Assembly: GCA_009995385.1 (NCBI GenBank)
Contig: JAACPT010000002.1
Coordinates: 759 to 64,758 of the forward strand
DNA from: Candidatus Parcubacteria bacterium
GTDB lineage: Bacteria; Patescibacteriota; Minisyncoccia; Phycocordibacterales; UBA918
Direction of reading: 5' to 3'
DNA length: 64,000 bases
Shown: positions 34,149-43,710 of the stretch, piece by piece
Layout of the letters: every line of letters begins with the position of its first letter
Numbering within the stretch: the stretch's first letter is position 1
Made by a program: the position numbers and the translations under genes
Notes under the pieces: model-generated
What the model was told of the DNA's origin: nothing
Databases searched by the model: none
Seen by the model: only the letters and a program-made list of their open reading frames with translations

Positions 34149-34378
34149 ATAGTTACTATTAAACAATATCAAAATGATTTGTCAAAACACCGTATAGGGA
34201 GAAGAACTACTGTGCAATATTGTCACTGGTCAATCATTACAATTTCTACGTGAGTGTGAAAAAAAATTCTCAGTTGTTTGTGCGGTACTCGTGGCAACTA
34301 AATTCCACCACCACAAAGTGTAGTTTACTGCTATTTCTCTTCCGAAAAAGACAAATTTGCTACTGGCTTTCTAGGTGA

Positions 34379-35029
34379 TTATTTTTCTACCAACTCTGCA
34401 AACACAATGAGATTGTGTGAATATCGAAGTGTCGTATGACTGTATACACCAGTGCAGGTGATGAGTCGTAGACCAGCGTGATCAATATCGCCATACACTT
34501 GTTCTGTCGGAAAATCAGCTTGCCTATGTCGAGAGAGCTTTGAAACTACGAATTTTGCAGTCGTTCCATCTTCTCGGTCAATGAATATATCATCACCTGG
34601 TTTTAATTGTCCTAAACCATAGAAGACAGCTGGACCTTGGTATGAATCGACGTGACCAAGAATAACCGCTGGTCCAAGTTCACCCGGAGTCGGTCCGTAC
34701 TTGTACCATCCAACGTCTTCATATGAATCTGGTACTGCAACAGTACCGTCAGATGTAAGCCCAAGCGGTCGTCCAAATGTTGCCTCTATCCCGACCGCTG
34801 GTATATGTAAACGTCGTGGTAAAGATTCAGGAAACCATTGCGTTGATGAAGCCACCGTTGAGACCTCTTCTACCACTGGGCTAGTCGGTGGAAACATACC
34901 ACTTCCATTACTGAGTTTCTCTACAAACAATCCATACGAAACAGCGATGACAATGCCCACGGCAAACACCACTACCGGCCGATAGTGGCGTTTGTATCCT
35001 GCTTGTAATTGTTCAATCAATTTAGCCAT
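34379..35029 (-). CDS. Class F sortase
   Basis: N-terminal TM; P.RLHIPAVGI; GWY..GPTPGELGPAVILGHVDS; LRLITCTG (His/Cys catalytic motifs). Confidence 0.9.
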   Translation of the reverse strand: MAKLIEQLQAGYKRHYRPVVVFAVGIVIAVSYGLFVEKLSNGSGMFPPTSPVVEEVSTVASSTQWFPESLPRRLHIPAVGIEATFGRPLGLTSDGTVAVPDSYEDVGWYKYGPTPGELGPAVILGHVDSYQGPAVFYGLGQLKPGDDIFIDREDGTTAKFVVSKLSRHRQADFPTEQVYGDIDHAGLRLITCTGVYSHTTLRYSHNLIVFAELVEK

Positions 35030-35525
35030 TGCGAGCTACCTGTAGTAGATTGCGCAATACTATAGAAGGCAAAGCCTGCACTCGTGAAATTTCGATTGGT
35101 GAAGTTCCACCAGCACCGGCAGCTGGAGCACCATACGGCACTGCGCTTACCTGTTCACCCAAGACTCTACCAACTGCAAGGGGGAAGTCACCTCCCATGC
35201 CGCCAATGAAACCACTGGTGACCGTACAGGTGTCACTACTCCTAAAGCGATTGACGGTGAGAAGATATTCAACACTCGAAGCTGTACCGACATAGAAACT
35301 GCCAGCATCAACCCTGTCTTCATCACTGGTAGCGAAGATTTCAACATCATTAGCAGTAATCGTAAGGTCCTTACCACGAAGAGTCTCCCATTCAAGCATA
35401 CCGTTTGTGAGAGAGAGATCACTACAAACTGGGTTAGTAGATCCTCCTCCGCCACCACCAAAACTACTCAAGGTAACAACATCACCACCAAGTGCTCCGC
35501 CAGTGTTACTACCAGCATCCGGCAA
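35022..35525 (-). CDS. Probable sortase-F substrate with VPxGAPxAGxGG-type motif; lacks a signal peptide, possibly 5'-truncated
   Basis: C-terminal GRVLGEQVSAVPYGAPAAGAGG; 8-bp overlap with the sortase start; only a TTG start is available. Confidence 0.5.
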   Translation of the reverse strand: MPDAGSNTGGALGGDVVTLSSFGGGGGGSTNPVCSDLSLTNGMLEWETLRGKDLTITANDVEIFATSDEDRVDAGSFYVGTASSVEYLLTVNRFRSSDTCTVTSGFIGGMGGDFPLAVGRVLGEQVSAVPYGAPAAGAGGTSPIEISRVQALPSIVLRNLLQVARNG

Positions 35526-35596
35526 TGCTAACCAGACACAAGACAGTATGTCAAGAGTTCGACTGTGTATAATTTTATATTTTATTCAAAACACCC

Positions 35597-36511
35597 CTAG
35601 TCATCTAAAAGTCGGTACACTGGGGCGATAGTGGCGCAAATGCTTGGCGTAGTCAAAATAATTGAATCAAATGAACCTTCGCTCGATTCGGGACGTCGGA
35701 GGGACGGCTTGCGGGCATGATTGGTGACCCGTTCGACAAATTCCTCCCGTTCTTCGTGGCGTTCCAAACTAGTCATGTCTTTATCGAAATGCCAAGGAAA
35801 CGCACCACAAGCATGGAAGAGATGTAACTCTGTGTCGGAGGGATCACCGAGAAGCTTGACCAATCTTTCTGAATTGAGAGCAGTCAGGTCAGAGTGCACC
35901 AACTCAGAAATATCAATCGTCCAGCGCCCACCATTAATATCTTCAAAGATAATGGTTGTAGTCGGACTAAGGGTGGTATATCGAAGTCTACCAACCAACC
36001 GTCCATCGTCAGGATCTTGCCATAAATACTGCTCAAATTTATTTTGTGATTGATACAGCGACATATGTTCACCCAATACGTCGTCTATTGTGTAGCCTAA
36101 ACCAAAAAATTGCAGCGTCGACCCGCCAGCAAAACTGAGCACCACACTACTTGCCATGATCATCCATAACGGGTAGCGGTAGCCGTATTTGGTGTGGCGA
36201 ATGTTATAAATAGCGGCGTAGGTCATAACTGCAAAAGTGACTATCCATACGTACGGGAGGGTCTCAACCATGAAGGTAAAGAAATTGCTATGTGAAGCTT
36301 CATAAAAAGCGTATTGATGATGTAGTACCACAAAAAGTGAAACTGAGAAGGCAAGTGCACCAACTACCACAGAAAGCAACCAGAGCATCCACACCGCACA
36401 CTCTCGACTACGAAAAAACACGCGCGGACGAGGAGACATCTTTTCCGCTTTGATACGTTGAAGGACGGTATTCTTGAGTAGTCCCTTTGGTTGTTTGCCA
36501 ATTTCATTCAT
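35597..36511 (-). CDS. Membrane protein downstream of ECF sigma (anti-sigma-like, 3 TM plus extracytoplasmic domain)
   Basis: 10 bp downstream of the ECF gene; three hydrophobic segments. Confidence 0.65.
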   Translation of the reverse strand: MNEIGKQPKGLLKNTVLQRIKAEKMSPRPRVFFRSRECAVWMLWLLSVVVGALAFSVSLFVVLHHQYAFYEASHSNFFTFMVETLPYVWIVTFAVMTYAAIYNIRHTKYGYRYPLWMIMASSVVLSFAGGSTLQFFGLGYTIDDVLGEHMSLYQSQNKFEQYLWQDPDDGRLVGRLRYTTLSPTTTIIFEDINGGRWTIDISELVHSDLTALNSERLVKLLGDPSDTELHLFHACGAFPWHFDKDMTSLERHEEREEFVERVTNHARKPSLRRPESSEGSFDSIILTTPSICATIAPVYRLLDD

Positions 36512-36521
36512 AAGTACTTAT

Positions 36522-37106
36522 TTATATACGTAATGTGTCAGGATTTAATGCAGTAGCGAGCTGTTTTTTACCGCGATGGAGGAGCGTACCGACTGAACCG
36601 ACTGGTATTTCTAAAATATCTGATATCTCTTCATACTCTTTATCCTCAAAAAAACGCAAAATAATAACCTCGCGATATTTTTCGTCAATTTTTTCGAGTG
36701 CTTTATTGAGTTCCTTTACATTAATCATTTTATCAAACTGTTCATCAACTGATTCCTCCTTACTTTTAAGGAGCATCAATAATTCATCACTGTCACCAAT
36801 GAGATGCCCTTCAGGGCGAACATTCTGCTTACGGTACCAACTAATTGCTTCATTGTGCGTAATTCGGTAAATCCATGAGGAAAATCGTAACGAAGTATCA
36901 AAGCCGTTGAGGTTACGATAAGCTTTAAGAAATATTTCTTGCAGTACATCTTGTTGGTCTTCCAACTGGCGGATACCAAGTCGAGCGATGTACCGAGTGA
37001 GCTTTGCTTCATACCGGTCGACAAGCACACCAAAATACTCCTTGTCAGATAAAGTTAGTTGTACCAGCTCTTCGTCACTAGGTGGGAGTTGTAGTAGTTG
37101 TTCCAT
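36522..37106 (-). CDS. ECF-type sigma-70 factor
   Basis: SDEELV; DVLQEIFLKAYRNL..F....FSSWIYRITHN (region 2); YREVIILRFFEDKEYEEISDIL.IPVGSV.TLLHRGK (region 4). Confidence 0.93.
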   Translation of the reverse strand: MEQLLQLPPSDEELVQLTLSDKEYFGVLVDRYEAKLTRYIARLGIRQLEDQQDVLQEIFLKAYRNLNGFDTSLRFSSWIYRITHNEAISWYRKQNVRPEGHLIGDSDELLMLLKSKEESVDEQFDKMINVKELNKALEKIDEKYREVIILRFFEDKEYEEISDILEIPVGSVGTLLHRGKKQLATALNPDTLRI

Positions 37107-37132
37107 GAGCCGGTTATAGGTAGAATAGTGGC

Positions 37133-37657
37133 ATGAATATACATAAAATGAAAGTTGCCCTCGGTCTGTTTATCTTTTCCTTTTTAATCACCCCAGCTAC
37201 TGGAGAGGCATACTTCACCACGGCGCAATCAGCAACAAAGATTACCGAAAATACAACCTTATTCACTGTGACGTACCGTTTTGGTTTTCTCAATCGTGAG
37301 TTGTATATGCCAATCATTACAGAACGTGGACTGAAAGCCGATGCAACAAAGTTTTCTGTCGGATACGAACTAATAACGGCTACTGATAAAATTGTAAGCA
37401 TTGGCTCAACTACCGCACTAGTGCTCACAAATGATAAAGACATCCAGATTAAAAACAACCGCTATTATCTACCAGAAGGAAAATCAGCAGAATTTACTTT
37501 TGTCGCTTTTGTCACCACACCAGCTGATGAGACAACCAACGCATCACTTTTGGTATCACATTTGCCATTTATTATGGTAGATAAAGGTCAAGAAATACCA
37601 GCCAGACTCAATCCGTCTGAAATGCTGTACTATCGAACACCAGAGGTAGCGATATAG
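37133..37657 (+). CDS. Hypothetical secreted protein
   Basis: 174-aa ORF with signal peptide; TAGAAT 6 nt upstream; followed by a terminator. Confidence 0.75.
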   Translation: MNIHKMKVALGLFIFSFLITPATGEAYFTTAQSATKITENTTLFTVTYRFGFLNRELYMPIITERGLKADATKFSVGYELITATDKIVSIGSTTALVLTNDKDIQIKNNRYYLPEGKSAEFTFVAFVTTPADETTNASLLVSHLPFIMVDKGQEIPARLNPSEMLYYRTPEVAI

Positions 37658-37688
37658 CAGTAGCTCTTGGTAAAAAGAATGACAGTAG

Positions 37689-37728
37689 TAAAAAATGGCT
37701 GGACCCTCTGGGGTCCAGCCATTTTTTA
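37689..37728 (+). terminator. Intrinsic terminator (bidirectional-type)
   Basis: taaaaaatggctggaccc-tctg-gggtccagccatttttta. Confidence 0.8.
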
Positions 37729-37796
37729 GACTCCCCTACCCTAATTTTTTCACTGTATATTTACAATAAAACAAAAATGTGTCATAGTAGGCTTCT

Positions 37797-38507
37797 ATGG
37801 AATTCCCTATGCGTATTAACAAATATCTTGCCCACACTGGCGTAGCCTCAAGACGTGAATCAGATGAACTTATTGCCAAAGGACAGATTTCAATAAATGG
37901 AAAATTAGCTGAAATGGGTCAGTCTGTGCAAGAAGGCGACGCTGTCACTGTAGTTGGAAAAACCAAAGACAAGAGTTACCTCGCCTACTACAAAGGTCGT
38001 GGCATCATTACCCACTCCCCCGCTTTAGGTGAAATTGACATCGCTACTAAGTTGGCAAAAGACTATGGTATCACTCACGTGTCACCAGTCGGGCGGCTCG
38101 ACAAAGATTCAGAGGGTCTCATTATTCTCTCAAACGACGGTCGTATCACTGGTCCCCTCCTTGACCCAAAAGCATCACATGAAAAGGAGTACGATGTTAC
38201 GGTCGATAAAGCTGTTTCTGGTATGTTCTTACGCGCCATGGCAAACGGTGTCGAGATAGAACGGTACCGCACCAAACCAGCCAAAATAGAGCAACACCCT
38301 CGTAACGACAAGCGTTTCACTCTTATCATCACTGAAGGTAAAAAACATCAAATTCGTCGTATGTGCGCTGCGCTTGGATACCAGGTGCAAGCACTCAAGC
38401 GTGTCAGAGTTGCAAATATTGCCCTCGGGAAGCTCAAGCCAAACCAATACCGCAAAATCGAAGGACAAGAACTCAGTGCGTTCCTCCAGGAACTTAACCT
38501 TTCATAA
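37797..38507 (+). CDS. rRNA pseudouridine synthase, RsuA/RluB/RluF family with S4 domain
   Basis: RINKYLA..GVASRRESD; VGRLDKDSEGL; HEKEY.V; EGKKHQIRRM. Confidence 0.93.
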   Translation: MEFPMRINKYLAHTGVASRRESDELIAKGQISINGKLAEMGQSVQEGDAVTVVGKTKDKSYLAYYKGRGIITHSPALGEIDIATKLAKDYGITHVSPVGRLDKDSEGLIILSNDGRITGPLLDPKASHEKEYDVTVDKAVSGMFLRAMANGVEIERYRTKPAKIEQHPRNDKRFTLIITEGKKHQIRRMCAALGYQVQALKRVRVANIALGKLKPNQYRKIEGQELSAFLQELNLS

Positions 38508-38519
38508 AAATGGTGTTTA

Positions 38520-39506
38520 TTAGGCTGTCGCCAGTACGCGCGCCACTGGATCCTCATCATCCTCATCCACAATTTCTTGCTGAATGATTTCTTCAATAAT
38601 ATCCTCGAGTGAGATGACTCCCACAAAACGCTTATTTTGATTGCGTACAATGGCTATATGATGCTTTGATTTGAGCATTCTTCCCAGTACCACATCGAGC
38701 TTGTCTCCAGCGCGCACAGCAAGGCAATTAGCATCAAAAGCATCTTCAGTCTCTTTTATTGTTATGTTCTCATCTTCGACGATGAGATCCTTTACGTACA
38801 TGATACCAATGATATTTGAAGGATCACCGCTATAGATTGGCAATCGAGAGAACCCATGTTCATACACCTGCGTGTAAAATTCCTCATTCAGTCGCTGATT
38901 TTCGTCAAACGAAACTACCCGCTCCGCGGGGGTCATCACTTCGCGCACCATCATATGCGAAAACTGTAGCGCTCCGTGGACAATCCGCTCTTCATCTTCA
39001 TCAATTGTACTGTGCTCTGAGTCCTCATGTTCAGAAATGATTTCCATGAGCTCTTTTTTTGAATAAATAGTCGGCATTTCTGAACCAAGAAAATAGTCGA
39101 GTGCTTTAGCGATTGGATATACCACCGGAGAAGCAATAATAATTGCAATCCGGGTAAACCAAATTGTCCGTGCTCCAAACCAGAGCGCATACCTCGAAAT
39201 AACTGCCTGCGGCACAATTTCACCGAAGATAACAATAAGTCCAGTGGCAATAAACCCAGCAACCACACCAGAAGCAATAGTGCCTAAAAAAATTGACAAT
39301 GTGGTGTTGACGACGACGTTACCAAGCAACAGCGTAGCTAGCACCAAATTCCCTTTTTGGCGGATGGGGTAAATAATAGCCGCATCTTTATCGCCATGTT
39401 TCGCCCGGCGACGTAATGATTGCGCATCAAGTGATAAGATTCCTAGTGTTAAGCCCGAGAAGAGCCCTGATAAGATCACTAGGACCGTGGATATGAAATA
39501 TTCCAT
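38520..39506 (-). CDS. CNNM/DUF21 + CBS domain membrane protein (CorC/HlyC-like)
   Basis: SGLFSGLTLG; TLLLGN; FGEIVPQA; VREVMTP; HGFSRLPIY; LEDIIEEII. Start at ATG 39506. Confidence 0.92.
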   Translation of the reverse strand: MEYFISTVLVILSGLFSGLTLGILSLDAQSLRRRAKHGDKDAAIIYPIRQKGNLVLATLLLGNVVVNTTLSIFLGTIASGVVAGFIATGLIVIFGEIVPQAVISRYALWFGARTIWFTRIAIIIASPVVYPIAKALDYFLGSEMPTIYSKKELMEIISEHEDSEHSTIDEDEERIVHGALQFSHMMVREVMTPAERVVSFDENQRLNEEFYTQVYEHGFSRLPIYSGDPSNIIGIMYVKDLIVEDENITIKETEDAFDANCLAVRAGDKLDVVLGRMLKSKHHIAIVRNQNKRFVGVISLEDIIEEIIQQEIVDEDDEDPVARVLATA

Positions 39507-39668
39507 TTCTATTAGTCTCGCTATTACACTATACTTTATATAAATTTGCAAATAGATACTCAACTCTTTAGTACCTTTATATGTGCGCTCAGTCTTTTTT
39601 ACCAATCACACTCCACAGACTAAAATACCCAGCGTGCTGAATGTCGACACGGCAATACCTGGTAGGAG

Positions 39669-40256
39669 TTATCGTTCAAGACTATGTGCCGCACCTTTTG
39701 CCGCATCGATAGCTTCTTTGTAACTGGTAGGATTTTGCGGTGGTACTACTTCACCAGTAGCGGTAAAGCGGACCGGAATCTCAAGTGCATCATCATGTTC
39801 AGGAAGACCAGAGGGGTTATCTTTTTTAAGGATTAATGAACCGCGTTGCATAAAATCAGGATCTCCAACGCGATATAGATTTTCAAATGTAAGTGTGGCA
39901 GTAAATGGCACAAAGTCTTCAGTCATCCATTCTTCTTGTGCCGTAGCCAAACCTTCTGCGATAATAAGACCATCCCAATTCGTGAGCACTACTGGAAAGC
40001 TCGCTTCAAAATACCATGTTCCACGGGCTTGCCCAGTGACGGTAAACGGACTTTTAATTAGCTGATTTGGTAGTGGCGATTCAATTTGGACAATGTTGGC
40101 ATGGGTTTCAATTTCAGCCACAATGGCTGGATCTAGGACTATTTCTACTGGCACCTTTTCTAGACTTGATGGAGCAATCGCCAGATTAGATAATGAAAAC
40201 CACCAACCAATAATAGCCATAGTGACAAGTAACGAGATAAGACCAAAGTACTGCAT
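39669..40256 (-). CDS. Gmad2 Ig-like domain membrane-anchored protein
   Basis: SP.PNQ.I.SP..VTGQARGTWYFEASFPV...WMTEDFVPF...LKKDNPSGLPE. Confidence 0.8.
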   Translation of the reverse strand: MQYFGLISLLVTMAIIGWWFSLSNLAIAPSSLEKVPVEIVLDPAIVAEIETHANIVQIESPLPNQLIKSPFTVTGQARGTWYFEASFPVVLTNWDGLIIAEGLATAQEEWMTEDFVPFTATLTFENLYRVGDPDFMQRGSLILKKDNPSGLPEHDDALEIPVRFTATGEVVPPQNPTSYKEAIDAAKGAAHSLER

Positions 40257-40267
40257 ACTTATATAAA

Positions 40268-40786
40268 CTATTCCGTAATCACGATTGTGCTAGTAGGCAG
40301 TGTTTGACGTATCACCATCAAATCTTGCTCAGCGTACTGTGTTCCACTTAAATCGATTACTGCAAGATTCTTTAGATTTCCCAGTTCATGCGGAAGTCCT
40401 GTGAATGGATTATCTGAAAGGTCAATTTTTTGCAGCTGGGATAGTTGTCCAATCTCTGCTGGCAAACCAGTGAAATTATTGTTACTAATATTAAGTTCTC
40501 GAAGCTCGGTCAGATAACGAACCTCAGCCTTGAGCGACCCGTCAAGACCACGCCCCGACAAATCAAGAAATTGTATATTCTTGGCGACGCTAACTCCCGG
40601 ATACACTTCGACCGAACCACCTAGCTTAAAAGAACCTGGTTCGGGGTCCGATTCATCTTTCGCAATATTAGATTGCAGAGATGATGCTGATTTATCGATT
40701 GAGACCGTTTTTTCTGACATCGTGATTGACCACCATACCCCAGTGATAATTACTACAAATAGTAAAATAGTTCCAAATGTATTCAT
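40268..40786 (-). CDS. Membrane-anchored leucine-rich-repeat protein
   Basis: N-terminal TM; LDLSGRGL, LRELNISNNNFTGLPAEIGQL, LQKIDLSDNPFTGLPHELGNL. Confidence 0.88.
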   Translation of the reverse strand: MNTFGTILLFVVIITGVWWSITMSEKTVSIDKSASSLQSNIAKDESDPEPGSFKLGGSVEVYPGVSVAKNIQFLDLSGRGLDGSLKAEVRYLTELRELNISNNNFTGLPAEIGQLSQLQKIDLSDNPFTGLPHELGNLKNLAVIDLSGTQYAEQDLMVIRQTLPTSTIVITE

Positions 40787-40854
40787 ATAGTGTATTGTAC
40801 ACCCGTTTCGGGTATGCAGTGGAGACACCGCATTGATTTACACAATGATGGTCT

Positions 40855-40883
40855 ATAAAAAGCACCTCTTGGGTGCTTTTTAT
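40855..40883 (-). terminator. Terminator after typA
   Basis: ataaaaagcacc-tcttg-ggtgctttttat. Confidence 0.65.
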
Positions 40884-40896
40884 CATCTCTTAAATA

Positions 40897-42684
40897 TTAC
40901 TTACTCCCTCGTTTGCGGTCACCTTCTTTCATGAACTGTTTCCGAAGCCGAATCGACACTGGACAAACTTCAAGGTACTCATCTTCTTGTATGATTTCAA
41001 GCCCGATTTCAATTGAAAGTGGTCGATGTGGCGTCAGTGTTACCGCATCATCTGAACCACTGGCGCGCATATTGGTAAGCTGCTTTCCTTTGGTTGGATT
41101 CACGGTCATTTCTTCTCCTTTACTAGTGTTACCGATAACCATACCTTCATACACTTCAGTACCTGGACCAATATAGAGTTCACCCCGATCTTGCAAGCCC
41201 CAGAGTGCAAACGCTAATGCTTTGCCAGTGGCCATAGAAATCATTGAACCAACCTGTCGCTTCTTAATTTCACCGTAGTATTTACGGAACTCAATGAAGC
41301 GCGATGCGAGGATACCTTCACCGCGAGTATCAATGACAAACTGATTTTTGTACCCTAAGAGTCCACGAGTTGGACCTTCAAAGAGAAGACGAGCCTGGTT
41401 CTCATGCATAATCATATTCTGCATAATGAAACCACGATTTCCTAGTCGCTCAATCACTGAACCTTGAAACTCGCTCGGGACATCAACAGTGACTTCCTCA
41501 AATGGTTCCATCCGCACGCCATCTACTTCTTTGATAATTACCTTTGGTTGTGAAACAGAGAGCTCATATCCTTCACGACGCATATTCTCGAGCAAGATGG
41601 CAATGTGCATTTCACCCCGACCCTTGACGTTATATGCATCACCACCAGCTGATTCTACTTGTAAACCAACATTAATTTCCATTTCTTTCATCAGACGCTC
41701 TCCAATTTGTCGACTGGTCACGTACTTTCCTTCTCGCCCTGCAAATGGTGAGGAGTTTACAAGGAATTGCAACGCAACGGTTGGTTCATCGACGTTGATA
41801 GCCGGTAATGGTTCAGCATCTTCAGTATCAGTAATCGTGTCACCAATACTACTGTCAGTAAGACCGGCAATTAGTGCGATGTCTCCAGCAAATGCCTCTT
41901 CCACTTCTTTCTGTCGCACTCCCTCAAACGTTGAGAGCTTGACAATTTTTCCTTTTCGAGTGCCAGTGTCTTTATGTTTAATAAGCACTGCTTGTCCCTT
42001 TGCTACCTTACCTTCGTAAATACGAACCACCGCGAGACGACCGAGGAAGTTGTCATAACCAAGATTAAAAACTTGTGCCCGAAGCACTTCATCTGCGACA
42101 TAGCCCCTAGCAGCAGGGACGTGCTCCAGTACGAGGTCTAGCACTGGAGACAAATCTTTCATTTCATCATCCATTTTCCGCTTCGCCACTTTATCGCGAC
42201 CGATAGCGTACACCACTGGGAAATTTGACTGCTCATCAGTTGCTCCAAGCTCCCAAAATAGTTCCAGTACCTGCTCTTCACAACGTGCTGGGTCAGCAGC
42301 TGGTTTATCAATCTTATTAATCACCACAATTGGACGATGTCCTAGTTCAAGCGACTTCTTGAGTACAAAACGAGTTTGTGGCATTGGTCCCTCCTGAGCA
42401 TCAACGACCAAAAGCACACAGTCGATACTACGAAGTACACGTTCTACTTCAGAACCAAAATCAGCGTGACCAGGAGTGTCAACGATGTTTATCTTGGTAC
42501 CTTTATAATTCACCGAAGTATTCTTGGCGTAAATGGTAATACCACGTTCTTGTTCAAGCGCGTTACTGTCCATGGACTGCCCTTCCTCGCGTGAGCCAGT
42601 GAATTCCATCAGACCGTCGGTCAAAGTGGTCTTACCATGGTCTACGTGAGCAATAATGGCAATGTTGCGGATTTCTGGTGACAT
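40897..42684 (-). CDS. typA: Translational GTPase TypA/BipA
   Basis: IRNIAIIAHVDHGKTTL; ERGITI; DTPGHADF; NKID; GRGEMH; LTNMRASGSD. Confidence 0.97.
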   Translation of the reverse strand: MSPEIRNIAIIAHVDHGKTTLTDGLMEFTGSREEGQSMDSNALEQERGITIYAKNTSVNYKGTKINIVDTPGHADFGSEVERVLRSIDCVLLVVDAQEGPMPQTRFVLKKSLELGHRPIVVINKIDKPAADPARCEEQVLELFWELGATDEQSNFPVVYAIGRDKVAKRKMDDEMKDLSPVLDLVLEHVPAARGYVADEVLRAQVFNLGYDNFLGRLAVVRIYEGKVAKGQAVLIKHKDTGTRKGKIVKLSTFEGVRQKEVEEAFAGDIALIAGLTDSSIGDTITDTEDAEPLPAINVDEPTVALQFLVNSSPFAGREGKYVTSRQIGERLMKEMEINVGLQVESAGGDAYNVKGRGEMHIAILLENMRREGYELSVSQPKVIIKEVDGVRMEPFEEVTVDVPSEFQGSVIERLGNRGFIMQNMIMHENQARLLFEGPTRGLLGYKNQFVIDTRGEGILASRFIEFRKYYGEIKKRQVGSMISMATGKALAFALWGLQDRGELYIGPGTEVYEGMVIGNTSKGEEMTVNPTKGKQLTNMRASGSDDAVTLTPHRPLSIEIGLEIIQEDEYLEVCPVSIRLRKQFMKEGDRKRGSK

Positions 42685-42886
42685 AAAAAATACTAAAATT
42701 TGGTGCTTCTTGATAATAATGGAGAGAGGTGCTAGCCCTATCTCTGGTTTTCAGAGAGCGGTTACGCAACTATGAAAACTAAAATACTCCTAGGATGTAG
42801 GCTGGCGCCCACGAACAAGCGATCCTAGTTTTAAAGGAGGCTCATAGCCGACTAATAAAACGGAGTATTCTTGTGGCGCTATAATA
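42685..42886 (-). promoter_or_regulatory. Structured ~190-nt 5' leader of typA (candidate cis-regulatory RNA)
   Basis: -10-like TATTAT at 42881-86; multi-helix junction with a UUCG-containing hairpin and a possible 10-bp long-range pairing (see findings). Confidence 0.5.
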
Positions 42887-42979
42887 CTGACTTTCTGTCC
42901 TCTTGTCTATAGCTCTCCAAGGAAAGCGAGATTTGCAAAATGCCAAAGTACTGCACCGGCGATAAGAATCACAAAAAAT

Positions 42980-43639
42980 TTAATCCACATGAGCTATTAC
43001 TTTACGGAATCTCCAAGTACGCTGCATAATAAAAAGTAGCAAAATAATACCTAGAGGATAATACACATATGATGATCCAAGCATTTTGCCAATTGAAAGC
43101 CCAAATCCTTGCTGTACAGTACGTACGTGTGCAAGGGCTTCGAAGTAGCCCATTTTTTCTTCAGTCGTTCCGAGCGTCAGCATATATCGACCAAGATTAT
43201 CGGGTGTACTCACCTCAATACGGTATGTCCCTGGTCGCAGTTCACTGGTGATTGGTGCACTATCTAAAAAACTCATTCCATACATGGCGTCTTTTCGAAT
43301 GTCCCAATCAGTGACTTCTGGGTGCGTACGCATCACTTCAGAGACCCCACCGCCAGTGTCATCCTCTCGAACAAGCATCAACGCCAGTGAAAGCGGTGCG
43401 ACACTACCCTGATAGCGTTGCGATAGCTGTGTCGTAAAAGTGGTAGTAGCCACAACCGTCACCGCGTACATAATCGGAAAATTCTCTAATTGACCAATAT
43501 GCGCCTGTTTCTTTTCTAAATCCTGCTGTAGCGAAATAATCTCATACGGTTTTGTCACTTCAGTCTGATAGACAGTAAACGCCGTTACGGAAGTCACACT
43601 AGCGCCAAATAAGAAAAAAATCGTACATATAAGTTTCAT
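42980..43639 (-). CDS. Hypothetical exported protein with C-terminal TM
   Basis: Signal peptide MKLICTIFFLFGASVTSVTA; C-terminal hydrophobic segment; TGcTATGAT 6 nt upstream of ATG 43639. Confidence 0.75.
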   Translation of the reverse strand: MKLICTIFFLFGASVTSVTAFTVYQTEVTKPYEIISLQQDLEKKQAHIGQLENFPIMYAVTVVATTTFTTQLSQRYQGSVAPLSLALMLVREDDTGGGVSEVMRTHPEVTDWDIRKDAMYGMSFLDSAPITSELRPGTYRIEVSTPDNLGRYMLTLGTTEEKMGYFEALAHVRTVQQGFGLSIGKMLGSSYVYYPLGIILLLFIMQRTWRFRKVIAHVD

Positions 43640-43710
43640 CCTTGTATCATAGCAAACGCACATGAGTGCGTCAGCTCCCATGTGCGTTTATTAAATGATA
43701 TCAGCACTAT

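Noticed and set aside
42820-42855. Hammerhead-like CUAUGAG...AAAC in the typA leader
   Set aside because: It lacks the CUGAUGA and GAAA core, so it is not called a ribozyme.
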